Part shown: positions 48,056 to 58,942 of the stretch, in pieces | How the letters are laid out: each line of letters starts with the position of its first letter | How positions within the stretch are numbered: position 1 is the first letter of the stretch | DNA from: a cyanobacterium endosymbiont of Rhopalodia gibba | GTDB lineage: Bacteria; Cyanobacteriota; Cyanobacteriia; Cyanobacteriales; Microcystaceae | Assembly: GCA_045159875.1 (NCBI GenBank) | Contig: CP067995.1 | Location: forward strand, 1-64,000 | DNA length: 64,000 bases | Direction: 5' to 3' | The notes under the pieces: model-generated | Database searches by the model: none | What the model was told of the DNA's origin: nothing | The model's input: only the letters and a program-made list of their open reading frames with translations | Program-made: the position numbers and the translations under genes

Positions 48056-49198
48056 TTAGGCAACTAGCAAAGATTGACATAATTTATCTTCTAACTCTTG
48101 TTCGAGTTTGGCAACGGCTTCGATCTCTTGAGCTAAAATTAAAGAAATGGGACAACCAGACTGATATTTCCTGAGCCATTGTTGTGCTAAGTTACCATCG
48201 CGCAAAATTCTTTTCACGGGGTTAAGAAAGCAACTAAAGCCTCTCTGTTTGGCCGTTGGTAATATTTCTTGATACAATTCTTGAATCCAACTTTGTGCGT
48301 CTATCCTGCGGCCATCTTGCCAGTGGGTTAGTTGGGCAGTTAAGCTGTCTTTGGCGACTACCTTTTCATTATCGGCAGTAATAGTCAACAATTCGTCCGG
48401 GGATAATTGGCTATGAATTAGGGGGTCAAGATTGGGCTCATCAATAAGTTGAATTAAACGAGCTTCTAAGAATGCCACAACTGACAACAAAGCGATCGGT
48501 TCAACTATCAGGTCACAAATTCTCAATTCCAAGCGATTAAGATTATAGGGCCGATTATCTCCATTAGGACGCACTGATGTCCAGAGATGGCGTATATTCT
48601 GCATGGTTTGGCGAGCTAACTGTTCTTCTGTCCAGGAAACAAAGTGACCGTGACTTTTAAACAAAGGGACATGCTCCGGAGTCTGGGGAAACAAATGCCA
48701 ACGGGTAGAATGATAGCCAGTGACCTGCCCATCAAGGAAAGGGGACGATGCACTTAATGCCAAATATAGAGGAGCTTCTAAGCGAATGAGGCGACAAGCT
48801 CGAATTAAAGTTTCCGGATCATTAATTCCAATATTAATATGAATACTAGCAGTCACAACTTTGGTTCCATAGGTTTCCTCAATATAACTATGGTAGGGAT
48901 TATGGAGATCGGACCGACAGAAGTAATCGCTGTTTCCTAATGAAAGGGTACTTCCCGGAATCAAGGTGAAATTGCCAATGCGTTGTAGATATTTCCTTAG
49001 GTTGTGTCGGGGTTGAAGGGTAGCACACAATAGGCGATCATAGGAAGACAATGGGGCTGTGGTGTACTCTACGTTGCGTGAATCAGGTTCTCGAACAAAT
49101 CCTTCTAAGTCTTTAACAATACGCTCAGACAATCCCACAATTTGCCCATCGGATGTCCCAGTGTACATTTCAATTTCGAGCCCTTTGGATAATCGCAC
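48056..49198 (-). CDS. gshA: Glutamate-cysteine ligase, cyanobacterial type
   Basis: LSKGLEIEMYTG, EPDSRNVEYTT, VVTASIHINIG, ALSASSPF, HLWTSVRPNG..RPY.LNRLELRICDL. Confidence 0.93.
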   Translation of the reverse strand: MRLSKGLEIEMYTGTSDGQIVGLSERIVKDLEGFVREPDSRNVEYTTAPLSSYDRLLCATLQPRHNLRKYLQRIGNFTLIPGSTLSLGNSDYFCRSDLHNPYHSYIEETYGTKVVTASIHINIGINDPETLIRACRLIRLEAPLYLALSASSPFLDGQVTGYHSTRWHLFPQTPEHVPLFKSHGHFVSWTEEQLARQTMQNIRHLWTSVRPNGDNRPYNLNRLELRICDLIVEPIALLSVVAFLEARLIQLIDEPNLDPLIHSQLSPDELLTITADNEKVVAKDSLTAQLTHWQDGRRIDAQSWIQELYQEILPTAKQRGFSCFLNPVKRILRDGNLAQQWLRKYQSGCPISLILAQEIEAVAKLEQELEDKLCQSLLVA

Positions 49199-49399
49199 GA
49201 TGATTCCTCTGCGTTAGTTGTCCAATTTTCCTGGTCATTTGTCACCTACACTTCATTATCAATGAAGAAGGATGATTTACTCAACAAAAATATTTTTGGC
49301 ATTTTGTGGTGATCAACTCCTTATGAATTGTTTTTGTTTGTAGTATTTTTATACTAAATCAAGTTCAAAAGATTAATCAATTTTAAATGCTCTCTCTGA

Positions 49400-49830
49400 A
49401 TTATGGAAAAACCATAGCATCACTAGTATTAGAGTTGAATTCTAGCTTAAATACCTGTCTAGGATTAATTCTCGTTGTGTGGTGGTATTTTCATCTTAAG
49501 CTTTTTAGCTAGATATCGCTTTTATCAAGGAAAAGAAACCTTTGAAGATAATTCTTAGCAGGGACAATGGACATTTGACGGAGAAATTTTACGGGCTTAA
49601 GGAAAAAGTCGATGTGATCTCCAAAAAATCCTAACAATGGAGTCCTAATTAAGTGAGAACTTGCAATCTCATTATCGAAAGGGACATTGCGTTCAATTCA
49701 AATCAAATGCCCTAAAATACAATCATGATTAACTTAATAAGATAAATCTAAAAACCTCTATATTACGGAGCATAATGCTCTAATTTCTCTCAATAAGTTG
49801 ATTGATAGCTTAAATTACCGGTAAGCTTTA
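49400..49830 (+). pseudogene. Decayed gene remnant (hydrophobic N-terminus, possibly TPR-like)
   Basis: One frame reads LCGGIFILSFLARYRFYQGKETFE..*..QSHYRKG with scattered stops. Family not confidently recognised. Confidence 0.3.
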
Positions 49831-49916
49831 GATTGAGCTGAGTTGCTTAACAATTGTCTCCAACCTCTCTACGAGGGATACATTAGACTAAGGGAAGTAT
49901 TGCGACGCAATAATTT

Positions 49917-50234
49917 ATGGACAACATCTATACTGTTGAAATTAATCACCAAGGCAATACCTATACCATTGAAGTTGCTGAGGATCGAAAAATTCTCGAT
50001 GTAACTCAAGAAACAGGACTAGATTTACCTATATTTTGTAGTGCAGGAGTTTGTACTACCTGTGCTGCATAATTGCTGGAAGGAATGGTAGAGCAAGGTG
50101 AGGGGATGGGGATATCTTCCGAACTTCAAGGAGAAGGATACTCCCCTTTGTGTATTTCCTATCCGCGTTCTAATCTAAAAATTGAAACTGAAAAGGAAAA
50201 TGAGGTTTATAGTCGTCAGTTTTTCCAACATTAA
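49917..50234 (+). pseudogene. [2Fe-2S] plant-type ferredoxin (Fed3/FdC1-like) with a single in-frame stop
   Basis: MDNIYTVEINHQGNTYTIEV...CSAGVCTTCAA*LLEG...LCISYPRSNLKIETEKENEVYSRQF. TAA at codon 52 (50070-50072). All four Cys ligands are still encoded. Confidence 0.93.
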
Positions 50235-50261
50235 GTCACTCTTTTAAGTACATTAAAGCCC

Positions 50262-50283
50262 GGTGGGCATTGCCCACCCCATA
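50262..50283. repeat. Cyanobacterial REP-like palindrome GGTGGGCA-T-TGCCCACC between convergent genes
   Basis: CGGTGGGCATTGCCCACCCCATA. Confidence 0.65.
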
Positions 50284-50297
50284 GGTTTTTTCTAATT

Positions 50298-51446
50298 TCA
50301 AGATTGAGGAGTGACATTAGGTTTCTCAAATTTCCAACTCTCTTGGATAACCAAATTATCTCGATGCACCATGGTTTGTGGACCTTCATAACCCAAAATT
50401 CCAGCAATTTTATCAGAGTGATGTCCTTTAATCTTTTTTACTTCCAAACTGCTGTAATTAACAATTCCCCTGGCTAGTTCTTGTCCTTGTTTATCGCATA
50501 ATTGAATTGCATCAGATGCTTCAAATCGTCCCTCAACTTTGATAATACCTGCCGCTAACAAGGACTTTCCTTGGTGACAAATAGCCTCAATTGCCCCTTG
50601 ATCGAGATAAAGTTGTCCACTAGGAACTAACCCGTAAGCAATCCAGCGTTTACGCGCGTTTTCACTGCACGTTTGTGGTTCAAATTGAGTTCCAATTGTC
50701 TTCCCTCGCAAAATTTTGAGCAAGTCACTTGGATTTTGTCCATGAGTAATCACGGTTCTCACTCCTGCACTAGTAGCCAGTCGTACAGCTGTTAGTTTGG
50801 TTTCCATTCCTCCTGTTCCCCATTGAGACCCTTTATTCCCTGCATCGACTTTTAGTTGAGCAATTTCTTCGGCATTGACCAGAGTAATTGGTTGAGCATC
50901 CTGAACTAGTCGAGGATCGGCCGAATAAAGTCGATCAACATCTGTTAGTAAAAATAACCAATCGGCATGGATGACACTAGCTACAAGAGCTGATAGGGTA
51001 TCATTGTCGCCAAATTTTAACTCTTCAGTAGCCACTGTATCATTTTCGTTAACAATAGGGATCACTCCCAACTCGAATAGTGCTCGAAAAGTATTAGAGG
51101 CATTAACATAACAGCTACGTTCTATTAGTTCCCGTCGTGTTAGCAAAACTTGAGCAATAGGCTGTCCGATGGTAGTAAATAGGTCATCATAGATGCGGAT
51201 GAGACGACCTTGACCAACAGCCGCGATTGCCTGTTTAAAAGCTATTTTTTTTGGGCGTTCTTTCAAATTCAGACGAACACATCCTACCCCTACAGCCCCA
51301 GAAGAGACTAATACAACCTGATAGCCCAATTGTTGCAACTGGGTTAAGGTTTCCACTAAAGCAGCAATGGTGGACAAGGCTAATTGTCCACTTGCGGATT
51401 GAGTTAAACTCGATGTCCCAATTTTAACAACCAGAGTTTGTGTCAT
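50298..51446 (-). CDS. proB: Glutamate 5-kinase
   Basis: [38 protein letters not shown] and a C-terminal PUA domain. Confidence 0.97.
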   Translation of the reverse strand: MTQTLVVKIGTSSLTQSASGQLALSTIAALVETLTQLQQLGYQVVLVSSGAVGVGCVRLNLKERPKKIAFKQAIAAVGQGRLIRIYDDLFTTIGQPIAQVLLTRRELIERSCYVNASNTFRALFELGVIPIVNENDTVATEELKFGDNDTLSALVASVIHADWLFLLTDVDRLYSADPRLVQDAQPITLVNAEEIAQLKVDAGNKGSQWGTGGMETKLTAVRLATSAGVRTVITHGQNPSDLLKILRGKTIGTQFEPQTCSENARKRWIAYGLVPSGQLYLDQGAIEAICHQGKSLLAAGIIKVEGRFEASDAIQLCDKQGQELARGIVNYSSLEVKKIKGHHSDKIAGILGYEGPQTMVHRDNLVIQESWKFEKPNVTPQS

Positions 51447-51479
51447 TGATTAATAAATGGTTGAGGGTTAATCCTGTCT

Positions 51480-52548
51480 TTTGCATAGTCTTGCCGTCAA
51501 GCTACGCTGTGACTGGAGATTCTTAAATTGACATTTAAGGGTTTCTGCTTCTTAGATTTTTGACTAGGCAAAGCCTCGTCGGACTGTCTTCAATAAAGCA
51601 CTTCCTAATATGATATGTATATCCTGGTCCATATCCTTATCTACACCATGCTAATAATTTAAGCTGCGGCCACATGCTTGTCTCTGTGTATTTGTGAGGT
51701 AAGATTTTTATCAATTTCATCAATAAAAACATCTCGTTTCCATGCAACCAACTTAAGGATAGTTACAGCTCGTTTAAAACTATTTTTAAGACAGTCTTTA
51801 GAAAGTATCCTTTTACCCCATGCTCGAAGATCAATATTTTCAATGAATACGGATTGGGCTTGCTCACAGAGGTGGGGAACTAACTTAAAATGCCAATTTT
51901 TACGAATATCGAAAATACGCAGATACAATCTAGCTATCTTTTTATTTAACTTATAACGATTATTAGACCCTTTTTGCTTATTTATTAATTTAAGTTGTAG
52001 CTATCTTATCTTGCGGTGTAGTTTGTTTAGAAATTGTAGTCTGTCCACAAGTTCACTATCACTGATAGCAAAGAATTTATCTAAAAAAAAACAATTTCTA
52101 ATAATTGCATTGGAAAAATTACAAGATACCCAAACGCTCCCCTAAAATGCGAGCCTATCTTAATTTAAATCCATCTTGTAATTTTCTAAACTTTCTCAAC
52201 TTTACCAATCTTAATTAAGGAAACTTAATCTGATTAACTTTGACACAATTTTCAAATATCTGGGGATTATAATAGGAACGCATTCTATATTTATGTTTGT
52301 CAAAAGGAAGGTATAATTTTCTGGACTACATGTCGACAAAAGCCTGGTTTAAAACTTTTAAAACTTGTGTCAGAACTCGAGCACTACCTGTATTGAGAAT
52401 CTTATTGGTTTTTAAGTTTTTATTAGCCTCTGAGATTGTTTATGATAACTAAGATAGGGAACTTCAGAAGGGACGATGTACTCTGATTTTAAATTTTAAC
52501 TTTAATTGACTGCCTGTCTGATATTAGTTTATACGTTAGGGCTAGCAT
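51480..52548 (-). mobile_element. tnpB: IS200/IS605-family tnpB element remnant, including the right-end region
   Basis: MLALTY..., SEYIVPSEVPY.SYHKQ, VLTQVLKVLNQAFVDM, YRMRS, RKNWHFKLV.HLC...VFIE.IDL..W.K..LSK.C, VAWKRDVF..EIDKN.TSQI and VAAA. Many stops. Zinc ribbon deleted. Confidence 0.9.
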
Positions 52549-52748
52549 TGATTCAATCTTTTCTGAAGTTTCTGTTAGTCTAGATTGATATACACAAACT
52601 TTCAAGTTGTGTAAAAATCTTTTGAGATAGATTAATTCCTTGACTTTTCAGAAACTTTTGTTAGATTAGGCATATTTCTAATTCTATCAAGAGCTTCGAG
52701 GAAGAGCTCAATGGATTCAAGAGTTGAGTATGTGTGGAGTGAGGGTTG

Positions 52749-53969
52749 ATGTTGAGTAAAGAATCAGCGTATGAGATTACTAAAAGAAATCGCCACGATT
52801 ACTATCTATCAGAAATTATCCGTCAACGAGCTTGGGTAGAAATTAATGCAGAAGCCTTAATTCACAATGTCAAGGAAATTAAAGGATTGTTATCACCAAA
52901 AACATCGTTAATGGCTGTGGTTAAGGCTGATGCTTATGGACACGGTGCTATCAAAGTCGCCCAGATAGCCTTACAAGCGGGGGCTAATAGTTTAGCGACG
53001 GCTACCCTAGCAGAAGGAATTGAACTTCGAGAAGCAGGAATTACAGCCCCGATCTTGATTTTAGGAGCAATTAATACCCCTAAAGAAATCGCCGTGCTCG
53101 CTCACTGGCAATTACAACCTACTCTTTGTAACTCCCAGCAAGCTTTAGTTTTTTCTGATACTCTGAGTCAACTGGAAGAGTCCTTACCCGTTCATCTTAA
53201 ACTCGACACAGGAATGTCTCGTCTAGGGACACCTTGGCATCAAGCAAGAGAATTTGTGGGGTTAGTAAGTCGGTTGCCTTATCTCAAAATTGCTAGTTTA
53301 TATTCCCATCTCGCTACGGCGGATAATCCTGATACCACAGTGATGCAAAAACAGCACCAACGGTTTGAAAAGGTAATCTCTCAATTAAAAACCCATTTAT
53401 TTAAATTACCCCCTCTACATTTAGCCAATTCAGCAGCAACTTTAATTAACCAGAATTTACACTACGATTTAGTTCGAGTTGGATTAGCTTTATATGGATT
53501 ATATCCTGCTCCTCATTTGCGTTTGATCACCACCTTAAAACCTGTACTACAAGTTAAAGCCAAAATAACTCAGGTCAAAACAATTCCCTCAGGAACAGGG
53601 GTTAGTTATGGGTATCAATTTATCAGCAATCATCCGATGAGTATTGCTGTTGTGGGTATTGGTTATGCAGACGGAGTTCCCCGTAACCTTTCTAACAATT
53701 TAGAAGTTTTGATTCGAGGTAAACGAGTCCGCCAAATTGGGGCAATTACTATGGATCAGTTAATGTTAGATGTTAGTTCTATCACAGATATTCAAGTCGG
53801 AGAAATAGTCACTTTAATTGGCAAAGATAGAACAGAAGAAATTACAGCAGACGATTGGGCAAACGCTTCAGGAACTATTTCCTGGGAAATTCTTTGTGGG
53901 TTTAAATATCGACTTCCACGAATTCTGATGGATTCAGAAGTCAACTGCCCTCAAGTTTTGGCTTATTAG
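52749..53969 (+). CDS. alr: Alanine racemase
   Basis: RAWVEI, PLP site MAVVKADAYGHG, HLKLDTGMSRLG, HLANSA, VSYG, IGYADG, ITMDQ. Confidence 0.97.
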   Translation: MLSKESAYEITKRNRHDYYLSEIIRQRAWVEINAEALIHNVKEIKGLLSPKTSLMAVVKADAYGHGAIKVAQIALQAGANSLATATLAEGIELREAGITAPILILGAINTPKEIAVLAHWQLQPTLCNSQQALVFSDTLSQLEESLPVHLKLDTGMSRLGTPWHQAREFVGLVSRLPYLKIASLYSHLATADNPDTTVMQKQHQRFEKVISQLKTHLFKLPPLHLANSAATLINQNLHYDLVRVGLALYGLYPAPHLRLITTLKPVLQVKAKITQVKTIPSGTGVSYGYQFISNHPMSIAVVGIGYADGVPRNLSNNLEVLIRGKRVRQIGAITMDQLMLDVSSITDIQVGEIVTLIGKDRTEEITADDWANASGTISWEILCGFKYRLPRILMDSEVNCPQVLAY

Positions 53970-54024
53970 CACAATATAATATGCTCTAGATCTTATCCTT
54001 AAGATGTACTTTATAAAAAAAGGT

Positions 54025-54075
54025 CTCTCAGGCTCAATTCAATGGATAATTCATTTATTGGATTGAGCCTGAGAG
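54025..54075. repeat. Inverted repeat (19-bp arms) 3' of alr
   Basis: CTCTCAGGCTCAATTCAAT ... ATTGGATTGAGCCTGAGAG. Confidence 0.9.
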
Positions 54076-54137
54076 TTTAACAAAGTCAGATTAAAAGTTG
54101 AGATTTTTTCAAACACTTGTTATTTTTAGTCTATAAG

Positions 54138-55030
54138 ATGGTTTTTCCCCGGATTGGGAAGTTTATGTGAACTATCCAGGAACTGTTTTTACACAATTAG
54201 ACGATTGTTGTCCTCGCCGCGTGTTGTGTGTCTTTATTTTTCGCGTAATTCAGAGATGGTCAGAACAAAAAGGAACTTCGTTAGTTTAATTAATTACAGT
54301 GGTCAATGCGGCATTAACATTAATATGGCGGATTCCCTCACTCTAAATCATGGCAACAACTATTGATGGATCTGTTATCGTCTGCTACATTTTTTACATT
54401 TTATTTGGAACAGTTTTTTTGTTAAATAACATAATCGGATCAAGGACATTGTCAACAATTTATCAAGGGTTATTACAACTCTCGGTAGATCGTCGTATTC
54501 AAGTAATTATTACTGCTTAATATTTTGGTTTCTTTCTTGAAAGGGCGGCAGGATTTGGCCACATGCGATAATTTGTGCGTTATTTTCTCCTGTTAGCTTT
54601 AGAGGAAACTCTCTTACTTTTGTATAGTCGTAATCTCTTTATTGTTAGGAGTCACTACAGAATTATGATTCAATAATTTGCCCATTGTCAATGGTTGAAT
54701 GTTTAGGGCAACTTTAGCTAAATTTTGATGATTATTTACAGCATATTGCTCAACAAACAGCAATTACTCATGGTTTAGTAGGAAGTCTAATACTGTTAAT
54801 TATGGTAACGATGTTTACTTTATTTTTTGGACAAAATTTGTTTTGATTTATTTGTAATAAATAATAGTGGTGACGTTGTGCACAAGTACCTTAGCTACTG
54901 TGTTGTCAGCCTATGATTCAGAAATCAATATTCTTAATCTAGCTAGTATATTCTTAGCGTTAGCTATACTCGTGTATAGTGTTATAATGATTTTGTGGTT
55001 AGTTATACTTTTGTTTAGGCTGTAGGAACG
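54138..55030 (+). pseudogene. Decayed membrane-protein gene, probably YihY/virulence factor BrkB family
   Basis: Hydrophobic fragments VNAALTLIWRIP, GLVGSLILLIM and LFFG in YihY-like order. Many stops and frameshifts. Confidence 0.4.
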
Positions 55031-55466
55031 TTTATTTTAGACTGTTGGTATTGTTATATTTTTTTGATTTCAATTGAGTCCTTAAAAAAAACACAGAATA
55101 GCCAGAAATTTGATGGTTGCTTTCCAAGTGGGACGTCATCTTTGGGCAGTATTTGTTGTTGATAATATGGTGCTTATACTGCGCTGTCGTTTGCTCGAAA
55201 CAATAGAGAACAGTTGGTAACTCAATAAAATATGTTGATATCAATAGTATCTTTTTATGAAAGAAGCTACCATTAGTACATTATCAAGTCATTTATCTAA
55301 AAAGAACTTAACAATAGATAAGAAGTAATAGATAATTTTTTATAAAAAAATTATCTATTTAAGCTGACTCTCGCTTAAGTTCAAGAAAAAAAGTTACATT
55401 AAAATACTCTTTTAATTTTCGCCGTTTTTTCTTGAAATAATCGATCAGAGATCGTTGCTTAGATCA

Positions 55467-56708
55467 TCATTTATTTCCTATTGCTTTTCCTGCTAACCAA
55501 CCAGTAGTCCAGGCACTTTGTAAATTAAATCCTCCTGTCACCCCATCAATATCTAAAACTTCTCCAGCCAGGTATAAATGACGGCAAACTTTGCTCTCCA
55601 TCGTTTTAAAATTAATTTCTTTTAAGTTAACGCCTCCACAAGTAACAAATTCTTCTTTAAAAACTCCCTTGTCTAGAATTTCATATTGTCCTTGAGCTAG
55701 TTCTTTTGCTAACTTGATTATTTCCTTTTGAGATAATTCTGACCAATTTTTTTTGCAATCAATAGCAGCATGTTCTAGTAGTTTTTGCCACAGTCTTTTA
55801 GGTAAATCCAAAGGAGAAAAACTAGAAATTTGCTTATTTGATTTTTGATTTTGTGATTTAATAACTAATAGTCGTTGTTTGACTTTTTCAAAGTCATCAG
55901 GGAATAAAAAATTAATTAGTAAAAACATATTGTATCTTTTTTGATGTAATATTTTTGCACCAAATGCAGATAATCTAAGAACTCCAAATCCACTAATACC
56001 CCAATGGGTAATCAAAAGCGAGCCTGATTGTTGACATTGCTGTTTTTTTTCTGTTCCTAACAACTTTAATCCTACTTGAGCTAAACCGATTCCTTCTAAT
56101 CCTTGAAAACGAAAATCTTTGACTTTAAAGGTAAATAAAGATGGAAGAGGTGAGATAATTTTATGCCCTAAAGATTTTGCCAACTGATAGCCAGTCATAT
56201 TACTTCCTGTTGCAATTAAAACGCGATTACATTCTAAAATATTTCCTGTTTTCAACTCCACTTTAAAAGAATTATCTTTCTTGGTTAAATTAATAACTTC
56301 TGAGTTAATATCAATATTAACTTTCACTTTCTTAGCTATTTTGATTAAACAATCAATAATAGTTTCTGAAGTATCAGTAACAGGAAAAACGCGACCATCA
56401 GTTTCCGTTTTTAAAGCCACTCCCTGAGATGCAAACCACTCAATCATATCTTTAGGTTGAAAGCGAGCAAATGCCCCTCGTAATTCCCTACCTCCTCTGG
56501 GATAATAAGTGACTAATTGTGCTGGATCAAAACAGTGGTGAGTAACATTACAACGTCCTCCCCCAGAAATACGAACTTTCGTTAATACTTTGGAAGTTGA
56601 TTCTAGTAAAGTTACGCGACTATGGAGATGAGTTTGGGCGCAGGTGATAGCGGCAAAAAATCCGGCTGCTCCCCCTCCAATTACAATAATCTCTAATGAA
56701 CTACTCAA
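55467..56708 (-). CDS. HI0933/YhiN/BaiN-family flavoprotein oxidoreductase
   Basis: IGGGAAG, KVRISGGGRCNVT, GRVFP, LITHWGISG, EFVTCGGV, GEVLDIDGVTGGFNLQSAW.TG. Confidence 0.93.
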   Translation of the reverse strand: MSSSLEIIVIGGGAAGFFAAITCAQTHLHSRVTLLESTSKVLTKVRISGGGRCNVTHHCFDPAQLVTYYPRGGRELRGAFARFQPKDMIEWFASQGVALKTETDGRVFPVTDTSETIIDCLIKIAKKVKVNIDINSEVINLTKKDNSFKVELKTGNILECNRVLIATGSNMTGYQLAKSLGHKIISPLPSLFTFKVKDFRFQGLEGIGLAQVGLKLLGTEKKQQCQQSGSLLITHWGISGFGVLRLSAFGAKILHQKRYNMFLLINFLFPDDFEKVKQRLLVIKSQNQKSNKQISSFSPLDLPKRLWQKLLEHAAIDCKKNWSELSQKEIIKLAKELAQGQYEILDKGVFKEEFVTCGGVNLKEINFKTMESKVCRHLYLAGEVLDIDGVTGGFNLQSAWTTGWLAGKAIGNK

Positions 56709-56799
56709 CGTTAAATCTTGACTCTTTTACTTTATTCTATCAATGGTTTTATTTTGTTAACTTTTGTCCTTAACTGATGACTTATCTCTCTTTACCTAA

Positions 56800-57388
56800 A
56801 AAATCTTCCATTGATTTAAGGCTAAATGACCTTTTAGCCTCACCTACTATCGTTTTTAGACAAAAATTTTAGTCTTGATTGTTGGCAGTTGCTATTTCAG
56901 ATAATCGTTAATCTCGTCACATTTTGACTGAGACATTGAGAATAACAACCGTGTTTTTAAATCTCGTCGAACTGAGGTTTAATCATAGCTGCTTTCTGTG
57001 CGTTGTCTGTGAGAATCACTAACTCCTGATATATCTGTTTGGCAGCTGTAGCGACGGGTAACACCCTGCAATGGTAGGCCAACTGCCATCAAGACTTCTC
57101 TTAAAAAAAAATGCTCTCTTAATAAAGAGACTCCTATTTGTTATAGGATAGCTAACATTGCCACATTAACGTGTAAGCAAAAAACGAGAGACTTCTTTAC
57201 GAAGGTCTCCTGGGGTTAGATTGATAATAATTTTGCGCACGGAAGAGGAAACCCAGGAATTTTTGAACGACGGTGTCAAGCAACCCGATAATGTTGATAG
57301 AGGGAAGTTCCCCTGCTATGTCTACTTCTATCTTAACTTTCATGGCACCACTTTCAATTAAAGAAGCACTTTTAACTCTTGCCAATAT
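56800..57388 (-). pseudogene. comM: YifB/ComM (Mg-chelatase-like AAA+, competence) pseudogene; AAA core deleted
   Basis: LARV.SASLI...KV..EVDI.G.LP.I.IIGL.DTVVQ, IIINLTP.DLRKE and GVLPVATAA...DNAQKAA, after which similarity is lost. Confidence 0.85.
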
Positions 57389-57721
57389 TCTATTCTAGTT
57401 TTTAATTACTTTCTCTGATTTTAACTAATTTAATTAACCAATATCACAATTTTTTAAGATATTTTTACACCAAGTGATTCCAGTAAAATGGAGATCAAAA
57501 CTACCTAATGTATATTACATTTCATCTAAACTACTAGATTTACTAAATTCTAAATTAATTAATTTTTATATCTTTCAGAAACCTAATTTTTATCTAAAGA
57601 CTATCTTATAAGACCTTCCACCATGTAGGGTTACAGTGGTTTATTCTAACATGAAAGCGACGATAAACTTTAAATATTTGGTATAAAAATAATCTAAGTA
57701 ATTCTCAAGATAACTATTGTT

Positions 57722-57767
57722 TTTCAGGACAGAGTAATAACATTAACGTTATTACTCTGTCCTGAAA
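57722..57767. repeat. Perfect inverted repeat (20-bp arms, 6-nt loop) 3' of the MIF-like gene
   Basis: TTTCAGGACAGAGTAATAAC-attaac-GTTATTACTCTGTCCTGAAA. Confidence 0.95.
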
Positions 57768-57790
57768 TCAATCAAGGTAATTAATAACTT

Positions 57791-58141
57791 TTAAAAAGTT
57801 TCTCCATTCCATCCCCACATAGGTCTTTCAGCATTAGTAAACTCAATGTAAATACGATTTGTAGGCACTCCTAATTTATCTTGTATTTCCTGACAAAAAT
57901 CTTTACTCATAGATTTAGTTTGTTCTGGAGTCATTTTTCCAATATTTTTAATTTCTACATAACAAACGGGATCAAAAGTTCCTCCAAAAGTCATTTGTAC
58001 ATCAGGCTCAAAAGCAGTCATTACATAAGCTTCTGGTTTACAAAAATGCTTAGCGAGCTTTAATGAAAGACTTGTTAATAAGTTTTCCACAACAGATGAG
58101 CTGGTTTTGGAAACAGATGATTTTATCTTGATTAATGGCAT
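57791..58141 (-). CDS. MIF / phenylpyruvate tautomerase-like protein
   Basis: N-terminal Pro (MPLIKI), KPEAYVM, MTFGGT..P.CYVEIK.IG, NRIYIEF......WGWNG.TF. Confidence 0.9.
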   Translation of the reverse strand: MPLIKIKSSVSKTSSSVVENLLTSLSLKLAKHFCKPEAYVMTAFEPDVQMTFGGTFDPVCYVEIKNIGKMTPEQTKSMSKDFCQEIQDKLGVPTNRIYIEFTNAERPMWGWNGETF

Positions 58142-58281
58142 TTGACTCTTTAATATTTTCTTTAAAACATTTCAACTGCTAAGAATAGCAACAAAAGGAA
58201 ATCGATGAAATAACTTTTAAAAAAGTAGATAATCAATAAACTTATTGATTGCTTGTTAATTGCTGTTTACTTAGAACTGAT

Positions 58282-58764
58282 TTAACCACCATATTGCCAA
58301 CCCGTACTTTCTAATAATAATGGTTTTCCTTCACGATAAATTCCTGCACTAATAACCTCTCCAACAAAGACGGTATGATCTCCTTTTTCGACAAAACCAA
58401 CCACTTTACATTCCACATAACCAAGAGAATCTTTAATGATAGGACATCCGGTTTCAGTTCCCTCAATAAATTCTACGTCTTCAAGTTTATTTCCAACACG
58501 ACGTTTAGGTTTAAAAAATTTAGCTGCTAATTCTTTTTGTCCATCTTCAAGGAAACTCAAGGCAAAAACACCACTTTTTTTAAGTATTTTGTGAGAACCA
58601 GAATCATTTTTGACGCAATTAATTACCAAAGGAGGCTCAAATGAACCTTGCATTACCCAACTTGCAGTAAATCCATTTAATTCTTCTCCATCTTTGACAC
58701 CACAGATATAAAGTCCGTGAGGAATTTTGCGCAACATGGTTTTCTTAGCTTGTTCGTCTAACAA
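58282..58764 (-). CDS. Flavin reductase-like FMN-binding protein
   Basis: LRKIPHGLYICG, GFTASWVMQGSFEPPLV, TGCPII, GDHTVFVGEV, WQYGG. Confidence 0.92.
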   Translation of the reverse strand: MLDEQAKKTMLRKIPHGLYICGVKDGEELNGFTASWVMQGSFEPPLVINCVKNDSGSHKILKKSGVFALSFLEDGQKELAAKFFKPKRRVGNKLEDVEFIEGTETGCPIIKDSLGYVECKVVGFVEKGDHTVFVGEVISAGIYREGKPLLLESTGWQYGG

Positions 58765-58942
58765 GGTTTCTTCTCTCCGTAACTTGTGAATCTCTGTTTA
58801 TATAGTATCAAAAATTATGACTGAATTATCACCAAATATATTAAGCTCAACTGCTATACCATTAATGGTTAAATTATAAACTACAACAAAGTCTCCTGGT
58901 TTGTTGATAATAGTACACTTAAGTGATAAAGATGGTAACTTA

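Noticed and set aside
55032..55244. 70-aa minus-strand ORF
   Set aside because: No RBS or family motif. It is more likely part of a decayed remnant, and I cannot support a call.
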